Positions 61,954 to 64,000 of a stretch of 64,000 nt of DNA are shown here, in pieces. The stretch is from Euprymna scolopes. Lineage: Eukaryota. The stretch's first letter is position 1. Each line of letters opens with the position of its first letter. The notes under the pieces were generated by a model that saw only the letters and a program-made list of their open reading frames with translations, was not told where the DNA came from and did no database searches. The stretch lies in the NCBI GenBank assembly GCA_053919585.1, contig CM132783.1, one strand, 5' to 3'. The translations under genes and the position numbers were made by a program.

Positions 61954-63489
61954 TTTAATATAAAGAAACCAGTGGATTTAGAAGTCAATTTTATGAACCT
62001 GTGTACAGATTTTTATATTTTAAATAAATGACTTTCCTTCTGAAGTTTATAGATTTGTACACGACATGTGAAATTTCATTTTAGGATTATTTTGTTATAA
62101 ATAGCATCCAAACATTACTGTTTGAATTTCACCGAATTAGATGTACAGTTTTATATATTTATATATTTTGCAGAAATACATGGGTTGAAAAAATAAATGT
62201 GACATCAGTAAAATAAAAATTACAAACAACTTTTAAGTCAAAACACTTTTATATAAGATCTGCTGGAAAGAAAAGAGAGTTGTAATGTTGTGTAAATAAT
62301 TGATATTTGCAGAACTTATTTGTGAAGATGATATTTTCTTCGAAATAACAATTCTAGGGTTCTTTCATATAATTCTGTAAAAATAGATGGGTGCGAAGAA
62401 AATGTCTTTAAGTTGGTAAGAAACAAAAAAAAAATAGTACGAAATAACAAAGACACAAAAAGGAGCAAATAATAAAATTGATACAGGAAAGTAATTTCGG
62501 TTGCTGTATCGGTCCAGCGATTTTTTTTTTTTCCATGCATGTTGAATGCTTGTTATAGCAGTTAGGAGTATTAGAGAGACCCGTTTTGCTTCTACCAAGC
62601 AAAACTGAAATACACAGTCTCCTCAACCAAACTGGTTTTGCTAAACAGCCTGTGATTGGTTCTTTCTCAATGCACCACAAATATTGTTAGAAATTGAGCT
62701 TATCCAAATGTCAATGACTCCGAATCTTATTTTTTATGCAAGTAAAATTAGTTGAAAAATTTTGTACCTGTTTTAAGAAAGTGGTAATGAGTGTGATCGT
62801 AAAAAGGCAGCCAACAATTGTACCTATTTAGAATGCTTCCCCACGGGCCAGAGTTAGACACCAGGGTCGTTTTTTAACATGGAGAAAAGGTACAAAAATA
62901 AAAAAATTGTCGTAAAATATAAAAAATGTTAACCCTCTCCTACACACACACACACACACACACACTACTAAATGTCCAGGAAAATAAATTTTACAAAATT
63001 CTTTAGTGCTTATTACACTTAAAAGAATACAGAAAAATCTTTATGAAGCACATACTCATCACAGAACAAAAGTGTTATATTTCAAAAACCACATAAACTG
63101 ATCAAGTAGTTTTTTTTTTAATTAAGAAAATGAAATTTTATGATTTTTAGTGATACATTTATTTTAATTATTTTGAATACAAAGAAAATCCATGCAGTTA
63201 AATCGAATTGTCTCCCTTAAATTTTAGCAAAATTTTAATCAACATGGGCGTTTCTGGCCTCTTCCTCTTCACTTTGTCATAAAATTTGATTACTTTATCA
63301 ATTTATATGACTTTTGGAACATGACATCTTCGTTCCGTAACAAATACTTACATCATCAAGATTTTTCTGTATTGTTTTTTTTATTTTATAAATGTAATTC
63401 TAAATGAGCACCAATTTTTCTGTGACATTTTACTTTTGTATTGTAACAATTTAGAAAATTATTATAAACTAATAATCTTTGGATAAATC

Positions 63490-63900
63490 AATATTTTTTT
63501 TTTTTAATAGAAATCGTTCCAGACAAGGCATGAAGCCATTTGATGCAAGGTGCTAAAAAAATACAACTTTAAGGTCAAAAACTAACCAATAAATATTATA
63601 TAGAACCAAGAAAACAGCAATTCTTTCTTTGTCAGAAATTCTACTCATAGAATGACAGGACTAAGAAACAAAATAAGGAAAGCAAGAATTATGAGGCTGA
63701 CGAACGCCCCACTTTTGACTAGGTGACACAGTTCTATTTTTGATCTTTTTTTTTATCAGTAAAATTTTACTGATATAAAAAGAACTAAGAGACGTCTTCA
63801 GCTGTGTTGTATTGAATTGTTTAAATTTTTTATAATGGACTAGGCACACGAGTTCTTGCTGTGAATGTGATACAAGAAGCAAACACAGCTTGAAGCTCAG
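63490..63900 (-). mobile_element. Decayed LINE 3' fragment (family C)
   Basis: Poly(T) followed by aaatcgttccagacaaggcatgaagccatttgatgcaagg. Inner boundary uncertain. Confidence 0.5.
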
Positions 63901-64000
63901 TCAAGTAATTTCTATGAAATAAAGATTGAATGGACAGAGACTAACATCTCTTCTGTACGAAAGTGGTTGCAGGGAAGTGTCATCAGTTTAAATGCTATTT

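Overview
AT-rich, repeat-dense eukaryotic (invertebrate) DNA. The repeat families resemble ones I recall from cephalopods, but this is not verified. The window is the interior of one large + strand gene for a novel-type protein kinase C (PKC delta/theta-like). I can read 11 GT-AG exons with compatible phases (1581-60571). They run from the end of the C2 domain through the pseudosubstrate RRGAIKQ, C1A, C1B, the hinge and the kinase domain up to the APE motif. Both ends of the gene lie outside the window. The introns hold an intact single-ORF APE-RT LINE and decayed copies of it, mariner and maT remnants, a Sola2-like TIR transposon with a PWWP domain, Helitron-like elements, MITEs, tRNA- and 5S-derived SINEs, Penelope-like pieces and several satellites. 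The most striking feature is a 331-bp inverted repeat (46569-47254). Each arm fuses a tRNA-Ala-derived Pol III promoter directly to an apparently intact minimal type-I hammerhead ribozyme, and decayed tRNA-head plus hammerhead-core elements of two other families recur in the window. Also notable is a satellite of about 5.4 kb, free of AG dinucleotides by eye, that runs right up to a splice acceptor.
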